From the NCBI RefSeq assembly GCF_009914755.1, contig NC_060931.1: 64,000 nt of DNA; one strand, given 5' to 3'. The translations under genes were made by a program, and so were the position numbers. The stretch comes from the human T2T-CHM13v2.0 reference genome, Homo sapiens. The notes beneath the pieces are model-generated. The model did no database searches, had not been told where the DNA came from, and worked only from the letters and a program-made list of their open reading frames with translations. Each line of letters begins with the position of its first letter. The first letter of the stretch is position 1. Positions 40,817-54,905 of the stretch are shown one piece after another.

Positions 40817-42036
40817 CTGCAAAGAGGGACAAACACAAATCACAGATGTTTCCCACACCAATTACTTAGTGTAACTGCAGCCATGACTTTGATTTCCCTG
40901 AGGTTACTTTTGAATACATTATTTATATACGTTTTAAAATGTTATTTGGGTTTGTAATCTACATAATATGCCTGGGGCCAGAAGCTCAACTTTCATTACT
41001 CAACACAGCTGTTTGCAGATCCATGATGTTTCAAGGCAAGGTATTCAGTTACAATGTGCTGCCAACATCCTTCACTTAAAAAACTGATTTGTAGATCCAA
41101 GCCTCTGGAAAAACTGTCTCAACACAGAAACATGAAAATGAGTTTTGGGTTTTGACCTCCATGTTTCTCATGTCCACTAGAAGCACAACAAAATCCAGAG
41201 GACCACGGGCTGTAGCTTTAACTTCTTAAGGAAGCAGATGACTAAATCTTGAGTATCTCAGAATTACCATGGCTCTTCCAAGCACCAAATTATGCAATGG
41301 TCATGGGGTCAGAACCTGCGGGACACACTATGGCTGATTCAAATTTTTAGCTCTGTCAACTATACATTCTCAGGACAGGAAACTGAAAAGTGAGTCAGAC
41401 AAAAACTACTCGTCAGTTTTGCAGTCTGTTATCTTCTCTCTAAGGCATGATAAATATCTAATTTTTAGTTTATTTTCAACATGTGCATTGGAGAAAATAA
41501 CATAGCTGCTTTGTTTGAAAGATTCCCTAGCTGTTTACTGCAACTATTTGCCATCTGCTTTGGCCTTCCAGTATTATTTCCCCAAAATATATCAATATAA
41601 TAGCAGTGCCATGAGATGCTCCATTATAAATGGCTTCATTGTGGTCAAAAGGCTGAGTATTTCTCATTGACAGATATGCCATATATCAACAAATTAAGAG
41701 AAGTCTTAATGAGGAAATCTGTTTATTTTTTGCGCCACCCTTTTTATTCTTTAACATGTGTGGCATACTTTTTTAATGCACTGAATTAGTATTATTCAGA
41801 GCACACTGTAAGCAGTTGTCTGGATGTTTCCAGGTACTGCTTGGCAGCCCAGATAAAAAGCAGTCTACCGGAAACCTGTGTGCGCCTCACATCCAGACTT
41901 TCACCAAACTGACCTGGAATTCCTTCTGAAGGCTGTTTCCTCACATAGATACATCAAAGTATGCTCAGAGGAAGTTACTGTTGGCACCTACTTTCATGCA
42001 GCATAATATCAGAGTAGCGGATCAGGTGGTTCTTAC

Positions 42037-42134
42037 CTTCCAGGTCTTCATCAAGTTCTGCAAGGGTTTTACGGAACTCTCCAGCAATTAATAGGTCTTC
42101 TTCATCATTTGAGGCTGTGACAGCTTTTTCAGTT
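42037..42134 (-). CDS. COBL: COBL coding exon, 98 nt, phase 2 to phase 1: (R)[32 protein letters not shown](E)
   Basis: Acceptor tctttggtcttccctag|AACTG and donor GGAAG|gtaaga. The frame joins the flanking exons exactly (AG+A=Arg; G+AA=Glu). Confidence 0.95.
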
Positions 42135-43219
42135 CTAGGGAAGACCAAAGAGAAAGGAGCACTCATTTCTCTTACTATTGATTTAATGTACTCCTTTCCA
42201 GGAATATCTGAGGATAGAACAGCTCATACTCAAATTCAAGCAGTCACATACTCACTGTACTGCTGTTGTCCTCAGAACTACGGAGACGCAGATTGTTCAT
42301 GGGTGTGTGTGTCCCCCATGTGTGTGCACAGGTATGTGTGGGATGCGTGTAGCGTGTGTGCATGTGTGGAGTATATGTCTTGTATGTGGTGGACATGTGA
42401 TATATGGTGTGTGTGTGGGGCCCCAAAGTGTTACAGTAACCAAACCACACACAGCTTTCATTCACTCTGCAGACTGAAGTCAAAGTTTTAATTCCACCGC
42501 ACAAAAGACGGTTCACGTGATCCAGGATTTGCTTGCATCTGTGCCTTGCGCTACAGCAGTCCCCTGCACCTGGCACCTGGCAAGAAGGAGTGAAGCCATC
42601 TGGAGGCCAAGCATGTGCACGTGGCTGGAGGCTGGTCCACCTCACCTCAACACTGCACAGCCCGGCTGTTCCTTGGCACTTGCGGATTTGAGTGCAGCGT
42701 CGTTCAAGGTCCCAGTGATAAAGGCTACATACCTCTGGTGCAGGATCTGCCTGCTGTTAGGAGGTCCGTGGGGAGGGTTGTGCAGGGCTGCATGGGGGAG
42801 TGTTCCCAGAAGTCCCACCAACTTCATAAGCTCAGCCTCCATCTGTGTCCACCCTAGCAGTAGCCCACCCTGCCAGACTCAGAAAACGAGAAATTTCACT
42901 CCTCTACTATAAATGACTTTTACAGACTCTATGTTTACTTTGGCTTAATTCCTACCCTTGGTGGGTGACAGGGAGCCTGATAATGCCACTTGCAGGGGCA
43001 GGGCTTGGGGGCCTGATAATGCCACTTGAAGAGCTGTACTCCCTAGAATCTTGAACTGGGACATAAGGACAATAAGGATGGCCAAAAAACCTCACAGCAA
43101 CAGTAACAGGAGTAACTGCTCCACCCTTGACTCCGCAAGACCCTTCCCAAGGGCCTCCTCTCAGACTTAACAGGAGGAAGCTCCTAGCAGTGTGAGGCCT
43201 GTCTGCATGCCTTTGTGCC

Positions 43220-43375
43220 AGCCCCCGCACAGAGCTCTTTTGCATAAATTATCTTATTATAACCCTCACAGTTTTTCAGGCAGGTAGTGTTGTTGTCACT
43301 GTTGTACAGTGATGAAACTATGTACGGAGAGACTACAGAGCTGCCCAGGTCACACTGGCATCTGGAACCAGGCCT
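43220..43375 (-). mobile_element. MIR
   Basis: aaccctcacag…caggtagtgttgttg…gatgaaact…gagctgcccaggtcacac. Confidence 0.6.
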
Positions 43376-46300
43376 GCCTGCCCCCAAAGCCCAAGAAGGA
43401 CCAGCTGCATCTGGGGCCACAACACATAATAATGTGGCCCCTGTGGCACGGGGCATCCAGGAAGATGTCAACCCGTCTGCTCAGAGAGCGGGATCTGGCT
43501 TCATTTGCGTCACAGGGACAATGGCATCTGTGAGACAACTGCTGCCAAAACAATTTAAAAACTGTCTTTGCAAGGGCTCTTGCCTCTATTTTCCTATTGT
43601 GCAGAAAACACAGAGACATGTCTATGGCAATTGTCTATCTTCAGTGAAAGCTGAAGGTTTGTTTTCCGCTGATTGTTAAAAATTGAGGACCAATTTCCAT
43701 CACTGCTAATCAGGCCCGGATAATGATGCATGAAATAAGCTTTGCACAATCCTCACGTAGCAAAGTTTTTATTCTGATAAATGAGTCTTTCTGATTTGGT
43801 GACTATGTCCATTTGGGAGCCAGGAAGTGGCTTCCAGATTAGTCTCAGCTAATGTCCTCTGACAAGCTACACAAAGGGGGCTGGTTGGAGATGTGTGTGC
43901 ATGTGGACCCATTAATAAGGACCACAAGAGGTGCATGACTGTCTTCCCTATTGCTTTTGCCATGGACTTTAATTATTTGAATGCACTTTACTAAAGTTCT
44001 GCTTTTCTCTTTCATGGAATGAGATGGTTTAAATACATTTAAATTTTTAATAAAATATATGGCAGAGAAAAATGGAAATTGCCATATAAAAGAGCAATCT
44101 GAAATGGAAAAGAGATTTAAATACTTGGAAAGATGGAAAACTTTTTAAATGCTTGCTCTTAGTTTAGGATGCTTAAAGCCCAGCCAAACAAAATTACAGA
44201 CATACTTTTACTTCAAAGTATTTGCCTTTATTTTAAAGTATGCTTGATCACGTCACTATGAGACATGGAACATAATGATATCAATAAGAATTAAAAAAAA
44301 TAATAAGATAAAAACTCCACTGATTCTACCATTTTGCAAAATAGCAAAACAAAACAAAACAAAACAAAAACCCACCCCAAGCTGATGAAGATGTGATGAA
44401 TCTGACAGACCCACACTTGTTGCTACAGGTTTTAATTGGAAAGCAATGTGGAAATACATATCAAAAAACACACAAACAAAAATCACGTTATCTTTGTAAG
44501 AACTTTGGCCCATTAATCTCTTTTTTAATAATCTGCTTTAAGGAAACCCTATAGAAGGAAAAATATAAATACAACAAAGTTCATGTAAGAATTCTAGAAA
44601 TGTCCAGCACTAGGCAGTTACCTAAATTATTACATATATATTTCAAAGGGCATTAAAATCAGTAAATATGATGATCATTAAGTCTATGTAGAAACACACA
44701 TCCATGCTTATGTTAGCATGTTATGTGAAGAAATCAGCACACACATATATAGAAACACTGTGATGATTTAAAAATAGCAAATACCTTTGGACAAGGCGGA
44801 GACAGAAATCTAACAAGAAACCAACCAGCATGACTTAAGGAAAAGGATGAATTAGGATGAATATTTTACCCTTTTTCTTTAGAACTGTGCTTGGTTGAGT
44901 TCAAAGCAGCTTGAGTGACAGAGCAAATTTTTAGCCAGCAAAATTTAAAAGGATAATTTTGTCCTTTAGTGAACAAGAATTCTTTCCTGCAAAGGAGTCT
45001 GCATTCTTCTTACACTGCACACAGTAAGCACTTTATTTTGTTACTGAGTGCCTAGCAATCTTAGTGCGTGGCTGTCAGCCTGAAACTGTAACAGAGAGGC
45101 TGTACAAGGTCTGAACAGTCTCAGCCCTTCAACACCTTCCTCCTCCCAGGCTCCGGGCTCCCTGCCCTCTAGAAACAGCAGGAGCCCAGCTCCAGGCGCT
45201 TGGGGCTGCTTCTGAGCTGGTTTCTCCCCTATCCACCAGTTACAGCTGCCTTTCTGGAGTCTGGGGACCCTGTGCTCAGCCCTAGTCCTTCATCCCTGTG
45301 TTTTTTCCTGTCCAGCTCCCTCCCACCACTGGCCTCACTTGGCACTCTATAGAGGTTGCCCCGGACGCTGCTGCTTGGTTCCAGGCAATGCTGGTACCTC
45401 TGCATCCCACCTCTGCTCCAGCTTTGCTCCCCCACACTTCAGTGTGGGGCTGGCTCCTTGGGGCCCTGCTTGCCCTGAAAGAAAGAGTGGACATGAGCTA
45501 GGAGCTCCCAGCCTGTGTGCACCGTGGAGTGAGGGAAGGTCTGGCCACCACGCAGCCCAGGACCTTGTTTGGTGTTCCTCCTGAGGCTGCCAAGCTCCTG
45601 GCATCTCTGAGAGAGGAAAGAGGAGCAGCCTGCTCTTCTTTTGATGCAAAACAGGGCGGCTGTGTTCTGAGCATGTATGAATGGATTATCTAGCAAAAGC
45701 CAGAGCCAATGGCAATGTAGTGATTTTACTTTCCAGTGTAAGAAAGCAGGAGGGAGAGACAGCAGTATTTTCCTTCCTTACTAACTCCCATCTACTTCTC
45801 TCCAAAGGGTTACTAATGGATTATAAACATTCCTCTCTCTTTGCAAAACCACCAGATTTATGCCCTTAGTCACTGGGCTTGGAGGCCAGTTCCCTGTGGG
45901 CTTAGCAGGGGAGCCCTAGGTATGTGTCCCTGAAGAGTTAGCAGTCAGCAAGAAACATCAGCCTCTGTTAGCTTAAAGTAAACCTGCCCAGATGTTTTTC
46001 TCCCGGGCTTCCTTCCCCCCCACCAACACATACCTCAATCTTTAGAAACGTTCCTTATTGACAGTTTGTTCTGGCTTAAGATCAAGGAAATAAATGCAAA
46101 CAAACACAGGGAAGACATTTTGATATCAGGCTGCATGTGTTGAATAAGTATTGCAGTTATTTTCTCACACGGAGTTGGGGACTCTGCAGGGAATGTGAAT
46201 GTTTAGGCTACTGGGGCATGCAATATGAGGGACACAGCTCAGCACCGGCAAGTTTCAAACCAGAGTCTGCCCAGGAAGTGGACCTGCGTCCTTGGGCCCA

Positions 46301-46809
46301 GCCTCTTGGGATGGTCGGAGGGTGGCAGGCTGACCGATCCACCCAGCCGGGTGTGTGCAGGGCTTGCTGAGCCTCTGCATTCATACCCCAGCCTCCAGCA
46401 AAAACGAGAACTAGGGACAGTCAAATTCAGTTAGTGCCAGGAGCCAAAAGCGCTTTTTGATTTGTTGTTTTCATTTGCTATGAGGGAGAATGGGCTGAAT
46501 CTGACCAATCCGAAATGTACAAGATGGGTTCATAGCACATGAGGTCACTTTTTCTTTTTGATGAGGCTAGTACAGTGGCAGAATTAATGAAAAAAAAAAA
46601 AAGTCTGAGAGGAGAGAGATGTTGCTTTTAGGTAGCAATCCAATTTGCTAATGACAACCAAACCAACTCCTGTGATTTCAAAGTGATTACTTGATTAACT
46701 AAAGGCAAGAAGCCTGGGAAAATATGCAGTTGATGATAGTCGTATGTGCTTAACCTCCCCCTTCCATTTGTAAATGTTCCTGTATTAGCAAAGCTTCAGA
46801 GTCCTAGAA

Positions 46810-47055
46810 CAATGGTGCCCAATATAACATGAGCCACATGTATAATTTAAAATATTTTTATAATAACATTGAAAATGTATAAAGAAATAGGTAGAATTTT
46901 AATAAAACAATTTAGTGATTTCTGCCAATAATTAATATAAAATTATTTCTTTCTGTACCAGATTTGATGTATATTTTACACTTAACAGCACATGTCAATT
47001 TGGACCAGACACTTGGCAAGCGCTCGGCAGCCACACACATACTGGACGGTGCAGC
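46810..47055. mobile_element. MER33-like hAT-Charlie relic
   Basis: gagccacatgtataatttaaaat…gtatattttacacttaacagcacat…aatttggacc. Confidence 0.7.
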
Positions 47056-47182
47056 TCTCCAAGGTCTCACATGTGTTTTAAACACTCCTTTGTAAATGCA
47101 GTCACAAAGTTTCAGAGTTCTAGAAGCGGTCTGGAATGTAGAAAATGTTTCTCAATGATTCCGCAGTCACAAAGTTCTTATG

Positions 47183-47642
<460 letters not shown>

Positions 47643-49066
47643 TCAACAATGAAGTTTCAAGGTTCTAGGTGGTGCCAAATGTTTCTAAATGCTCCTGTGT
47701 CACAAAGTTTCTGCAGTCAGCAGGTTTCAGAGGTTGGCTGGTGTGATCTGGGTCCCTCTGCACCTCTCACTACAGGCCCTCAGTCCCATAAGGATCCTCA
47801 TAGCCACAAGCCTGCAGGTAACAGCACAGCTCCTCACAAAGTGCTTCTGCAGCCATCATCCCCAGCAGGCACCAACAAGTGGGGGCTGAGAAGGAAATGT
47901 ACAGGCTGCCAGGCTGAAATGGGACATCGGGCACTCCAGGGAGGCTCCCTTCAACTGGAGAAGCTACACTCTCTACCTTTGGTGGCTCTGCATATGATTT
48001 CAGTTTGGCCTTACTGTTAAAAAAGAAAAAGCCTGACACCCACTTATTCGATCTCTCTCTTTTACTTCTCACAGCATTCCTGTGGAATTGATGTTCCCAA
48101 AAGGAACCCTAGAACTCAGATTTTCACAATAATTATACACAGTTAGATATTGCCTGGTTATAGCAAGGTTGCTTTCAGAATTCAAGAGTTTATAATCAGT
48201 GCTAGTTCCACTGTTCCTTCCCTGCAGGTAGGAGGAGATACAGTCTCCTCTACTTCCCCATCCATCTCTCTCTCTCTGTCTCTCTCTCTCTTATATACAC
48301 ATACATGCACATATACGCATGCACACATATATATGTGTCTATTTATCTATTTTTCAAACATGTTATAAATAAAGAGGAAGATGATCAGAGCTAGATACAA
48401 GTTACAAAGATTACCTAGCAAATCAAATTTCTCCCCTTCCTCAGTCAGTTGTACATAACAATACCAGCAACAATAACACCAGCTACCAATTGTTGAAGGC
48501 TAGCAATGTATCAGGCACTATTGTAAGGAGGAGGTAGTGCATATCTCAATTTTACTGACCAGGAAATTGAACCAAGAGGTGAAGTCACTGGGCACACCAC
48601 TGCCAGCCATGGGCAGTTCCTTCCCTAAGCAGTCTAAATGCAGACTCTTCAATCTTCAGATTAAGTGATTCTTTAACTATTAGGAGCATTGGCTGGGGTC
48701 ATATGTAAGGGACAGATGCCTTTCGGAAGAGTCTGTGAGTCCATGAAGTCCAGGGCAGAGCTGTGTGTGAGGCACACAGGACCTTCCCTGAGGGCCATGC
48801 CCAGGTGTCCCCAGAATGAAATGCAACCACCACATGCACATTTCTATTATTCCTGTTCAGATCTTGGGCTGAGCTCTTCCTTAGGAGTTTCTTCACTGGC
48901 TGTACTATGTTGAGAGGAAGACTCTGGGACTCTGATGTTCCCTTTACAAGGTCAAATTTCAACTGAGATTTATTCTGCAGTGAAAAATTATAATCGGATA
49001 CCATCACATGACTGGATGAAAACATACGCTTTTCAAATTGCAGCAGCACATATAACATATTCTAAT

Positions 49067-49367
<301 letters not shown>

Positions 49368-52300
49368 TAATTATTACCAAGCATTCACACTTGCTCTTCT
49401 TAGAAGCATGGTATTCTTGAGACTCTTCAATTTAATGCCTTGGCTCCAAGGACACCGAATGGAGCCCACCAATGCTGCCATGTATGAAGCAGGTGCTGCA
49501 GCAGCAGCGAGGCCAGTCGAACCTCTAAATACAACTGCACACAACCCAAGCAGTGAAGATGCCACTGGGCCAGGACAGTTTTTAGCTGTGGCCAGCCCAA
49601 CATGGCTCTCTCCTTGGACAGGTGGCAGAGCTCTTGAGGAAATGGTGTTTGCCTCCAGCTTGTCAATGTGTGAACCCAGGCATCCCTAGCCAAAGGAGTC
49701 TAGATGATTTTGACCTTCATAGGGTGCAGGGAAAGGAGAAATAGCTAAGAAAACTAGAACATAGCGAGGTAGACCTTACACACTTGGGTCTTTCCAGGTG
49801 ATGAAGGGTCTTAAGGCTGTTCCCAAACCGTGTTTAGTGAATACCCAAGTAACAGAGGGGTAGCAATAGAAGACACCACCTTGGCCAAGTTGATAAACTA
49901 TGAGAAATCCTCATTTTCTTGATGACTGGGACTACTGCAGAGACTTTCTGCAAGCTGAAGATGTCTGGGGCTATCAGGGACAGCTTCACAACCTATCCAA
50001 CTCCACTCTCAGCCTAGAGGCCTGGCCTTGCCAGCCAGACAGAGGGTGACTTCTGCTTTGCCTGAGCCCCAAGGCCTGTCATTCAGAGGGGATGGAGAGG
50101 GCTCATGTCACAGCTAGGTCCTACATCTTTGTCGTTTGCCATGTAAGACAAACACGGGTTCTGGGAGCACAAATGGGCAGCTCAGGATGAGTTGTGGAAA
50201 CCAGGTATAGGGGGTCATCCAGGGTAGGGCCAGGAGGCTCGACTCAGGGACCAGGCACAGGGCACCAGGAACGGTGATCATGCCCTCTCTGGGCAGCCTC
50301 CTCTTGATCAAGGTGGTGTTGGGTATATGTTTCAGGGGCACAATGAAAGAGGAGCTTGAGGTGCCAACTAGGGACGCTCTGCCAGGCTTTTGCTCACACT
50401 GCCTGTCAGAAAACCTCCTCTTTGCTATTGTTTCTCTCAACCGCCAGAGTCTGAACATGGATGCTGCTGTTTAGTGTTCTAATAGGGTTCCTCTGTGCAG
50501 GTGGCCAAGGTTAGGGCCACATCCCTGTGAACAGTGGTGGGTTCTGCGCTCTCACAAGTTCACCTTGAGTCTGGGCTGTCAGCCCCCAGGCATGGGTCCT
50601 CACTGTAGGGATCGTGACCACCTGACAGGCCTGCTCCATCGGGCCACACCTGAGTTCTGCTGCCTGGGCAGCTCCCTGCCAGCCCTGCCTTTACCACCCC
50701 TGTGCTGCCTAGGCTTTCGACAGGGTTCACTCCAGATGTGAATGCCAAGCCTGTCCCTGGAACACACTATTTTCATCAAAAGAGGCAGATTCTCTCTACG
50801 TTCCCAACCTTATGTGTGAATCGATATTTTTCAAGCAATATAGCACAGGGAATACTTCAGTAGCGACAAGTGTATTCCAAAGCTGACAAATAGGCAAGCA
50901 AAGTAATCTTGTTTCTCCCAAAGAGAAGTGCAACAATCGATGCAGCCTTCAGTCCTCAGGAGGGTGTAAGTCTGGGAACAGGCCACATCCAGCTTGCATA
51001 TGTGTTCCGTTTCACCCTGAGTGCCTGAATTGGTTGCCAACATTTACAATTTGAGAGACATCACATAAAAATCTAGATTTCTGGCTTCTCTTCAAAAACT
51101 GGCCACACTGGGTCTGTAACCCACAGGGTGACAGTTGGACAGAGGGAGCAGGGCTGCTCTCTTTAGAGAAAGCATGTGTTTTCCACACTGCCTGTGATCT
51201 CTCACCAGCTGAGCCTCCCTCAACCTCGCCTAACCCCTGCCTTACCCCTAAAGCATCCATATTTGCAACCCCTGCATTGCATGGGAGGCACTGCTTTTAA
51301 GTAATCCTGAAATTTATTGAAAATCATGTATTTGGGAAAAAATGTGATATACCATGCTGAAATCTCTGAATATGTCTAATTTGTCAGTTGAGATAATTTC
51401 TGTTAAAAAAAAAAAAAAAACCTCAAAATGGTGCCCAAAAAACTAGATTCATTCTATGAAATCCCCCCTCCCCTCAAAAACACACACACACACACACAAA
51501 ACTATAGTAATTCCATGCAAGGGCAGAGTCAATCCCAACTCTTTGGCAAATAACCCAGCATCACAGACAGGGCTGAGGGACTCAAAGAGCATCTTCATCC
51601 TCATCTGACTGATGAGCTGACCACATCCCAGTGAAGGAAAGTGATTGTCCAGGGCAATTCATGGTGCCCCCATTTCCTAAAAACTAAGGGCAGTAGTTCT
51701 GACAATGGGTACTACTTATTATATATGCAACATGCATGGTATCATCTGTGCTGGGCTTTTCCCAGGCTCATGACAACTCTGATAGATAGGTGGCATATCT
51801 GCACTGTGTATGATCAAAAGGTAATGTTTGGCAAAATTAAGTGGACTCTTAAAGGCCAAACAGCTAGTTAGTGGTGGTAAGATTCCATTGTAGGTCTATC
51901 AGGTTCCCGAACTCCCTCCCTCCCCACCACAGTACTCTCAAATTCAGTGGCACCCCAGAGATGAGGGCAGGAAAACACGCCATATTCCCTGTTTGCATAA
52001 AGCATCAGGTTCCAAAGACTCAATGATTATTCTGGCTGTGGCCATAGTCAATATTAACCCTCATTATTTGGATAGAAATCAGCAAGATTTTACATCAACG
52101 GTCAGCACCAGCAAAGCAAACAATGAGTCCTATGCGCAGCATCCCTCGGGGTGCAGAGTAACGCATGTCTGATTAGTTTCAGATGTGGAATGCAAACCTG
52201 TGCAATCCCCATGCAAACTGCAGAACAGACGTGGAGATTACAGTAGAAAGTGGTTTTTCTTTATGTTAAATGACTAAAAGGAAAAATGCCATAATTTTGC

Positions 52301-52654
52301 TCTGTTCTCACAGATGTAAACAACACAGGCCAACCTCAGCAAAATGCATCTTGTGTGGGGTAGGCAGGAAGGAACCAGTTGCTGCCTTTGAATTTCCTTT
52401 CTGATGAAATATAAACTTGGTCTTGGAGTCATCCTAAGAATTGAAGAGCTATACTTTAACATTATTAGGGATGTGTATAACAACATGGGGAAGTGCTCAT
52501 GACAAACTGTTAGGTACAAAGAAATATAAAGTATTATTGATAAGACAATTACACTAACCAGATACAGATTTGTGAGTTCATATGAATAGGGTTGGAACAA
52601 AACCTGAAAAATATATTATAAAAGCATTCATTCATTTTGGTGACTGGCTTATGA

Positions 52655-52996
<342 letters not shown>

Positions 52997-53074
52997 CATT
53001 TTACCTTATTTCTGTTAACATTTCCATAATATTTATTTGATGAGTTCTTACACTTATCTAAAAGACGAAAAACA

Positions 53075-54400
<1,326 letters not shown>

Positions 54401-54595
54401 CAGTCTTTGTAAGTTACTGCAGATGTATAGACAGCACAGAGACATGCCTGAGAGCAGCTGCTGTGAATCAGGGTCGGGGCCCCTGGTGCAGAGCAGGTTG
54501 TGATAGCACGTGTTGGATCCCATGACAAAAGACCCTCTTTAGAGACACAGATGTGGCTGTGACTTCCGTACCCACCCATCCTTCCCGTGACTCAC

Positions 54596-54905
54596 CTCAG
54601 ATGTGAGTTCTCAGAGCCATTCTTCTCCCACAAGGGGCTCTTCTGGGGACCCAGGTCTGGGGTTCCAGCGAGGTCCTGGTCACTGCAGTCTTCCTGGTCT
54701 GTGGCCCACTTGTCTTTGTATTTCATGCTGTCCTGCTGCGAGTCCAGAGAGACGATGTCTGAGGGGGAACTCATCACTCCTGAGTCCTCGGTCGTGTCCT
54801 CCGACGCAAAACAGCTGCCAACTGACACGGTCTCCTCCGCCTCTGACAGCACCTGCGGGGCTCCATCCGGGCTGCAGTGGCTGCCAGACCCCAGGGGCAG
54901 GCTTA
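54596..54905 (-). CDS. COBL: COBL coding exon, 310 nt, phase 1 to phase 2 (exon 8 of the 13-exon form, numbering from memory): (V)[14 protein letters not shown]…[10 protein letters not shown](R)
   Basis: Acceptor gtcttgtccag|TAAGC (AG at 54906-54907) and donor CTGAG|gtgag (GT at 54594-54595). It lies within ORF 54592..54918. Confidence 0.93.

Noticed and set aside
50564-50756. Exon-like segment in the COBL intron (ttccag|…AAG|gtgaac)
   Set aside because: The pyrimidine tract is weak, the 193-nt length is not frame-preserving, and the frame required by the upstream exon hits a stop. Nothing else supports it.
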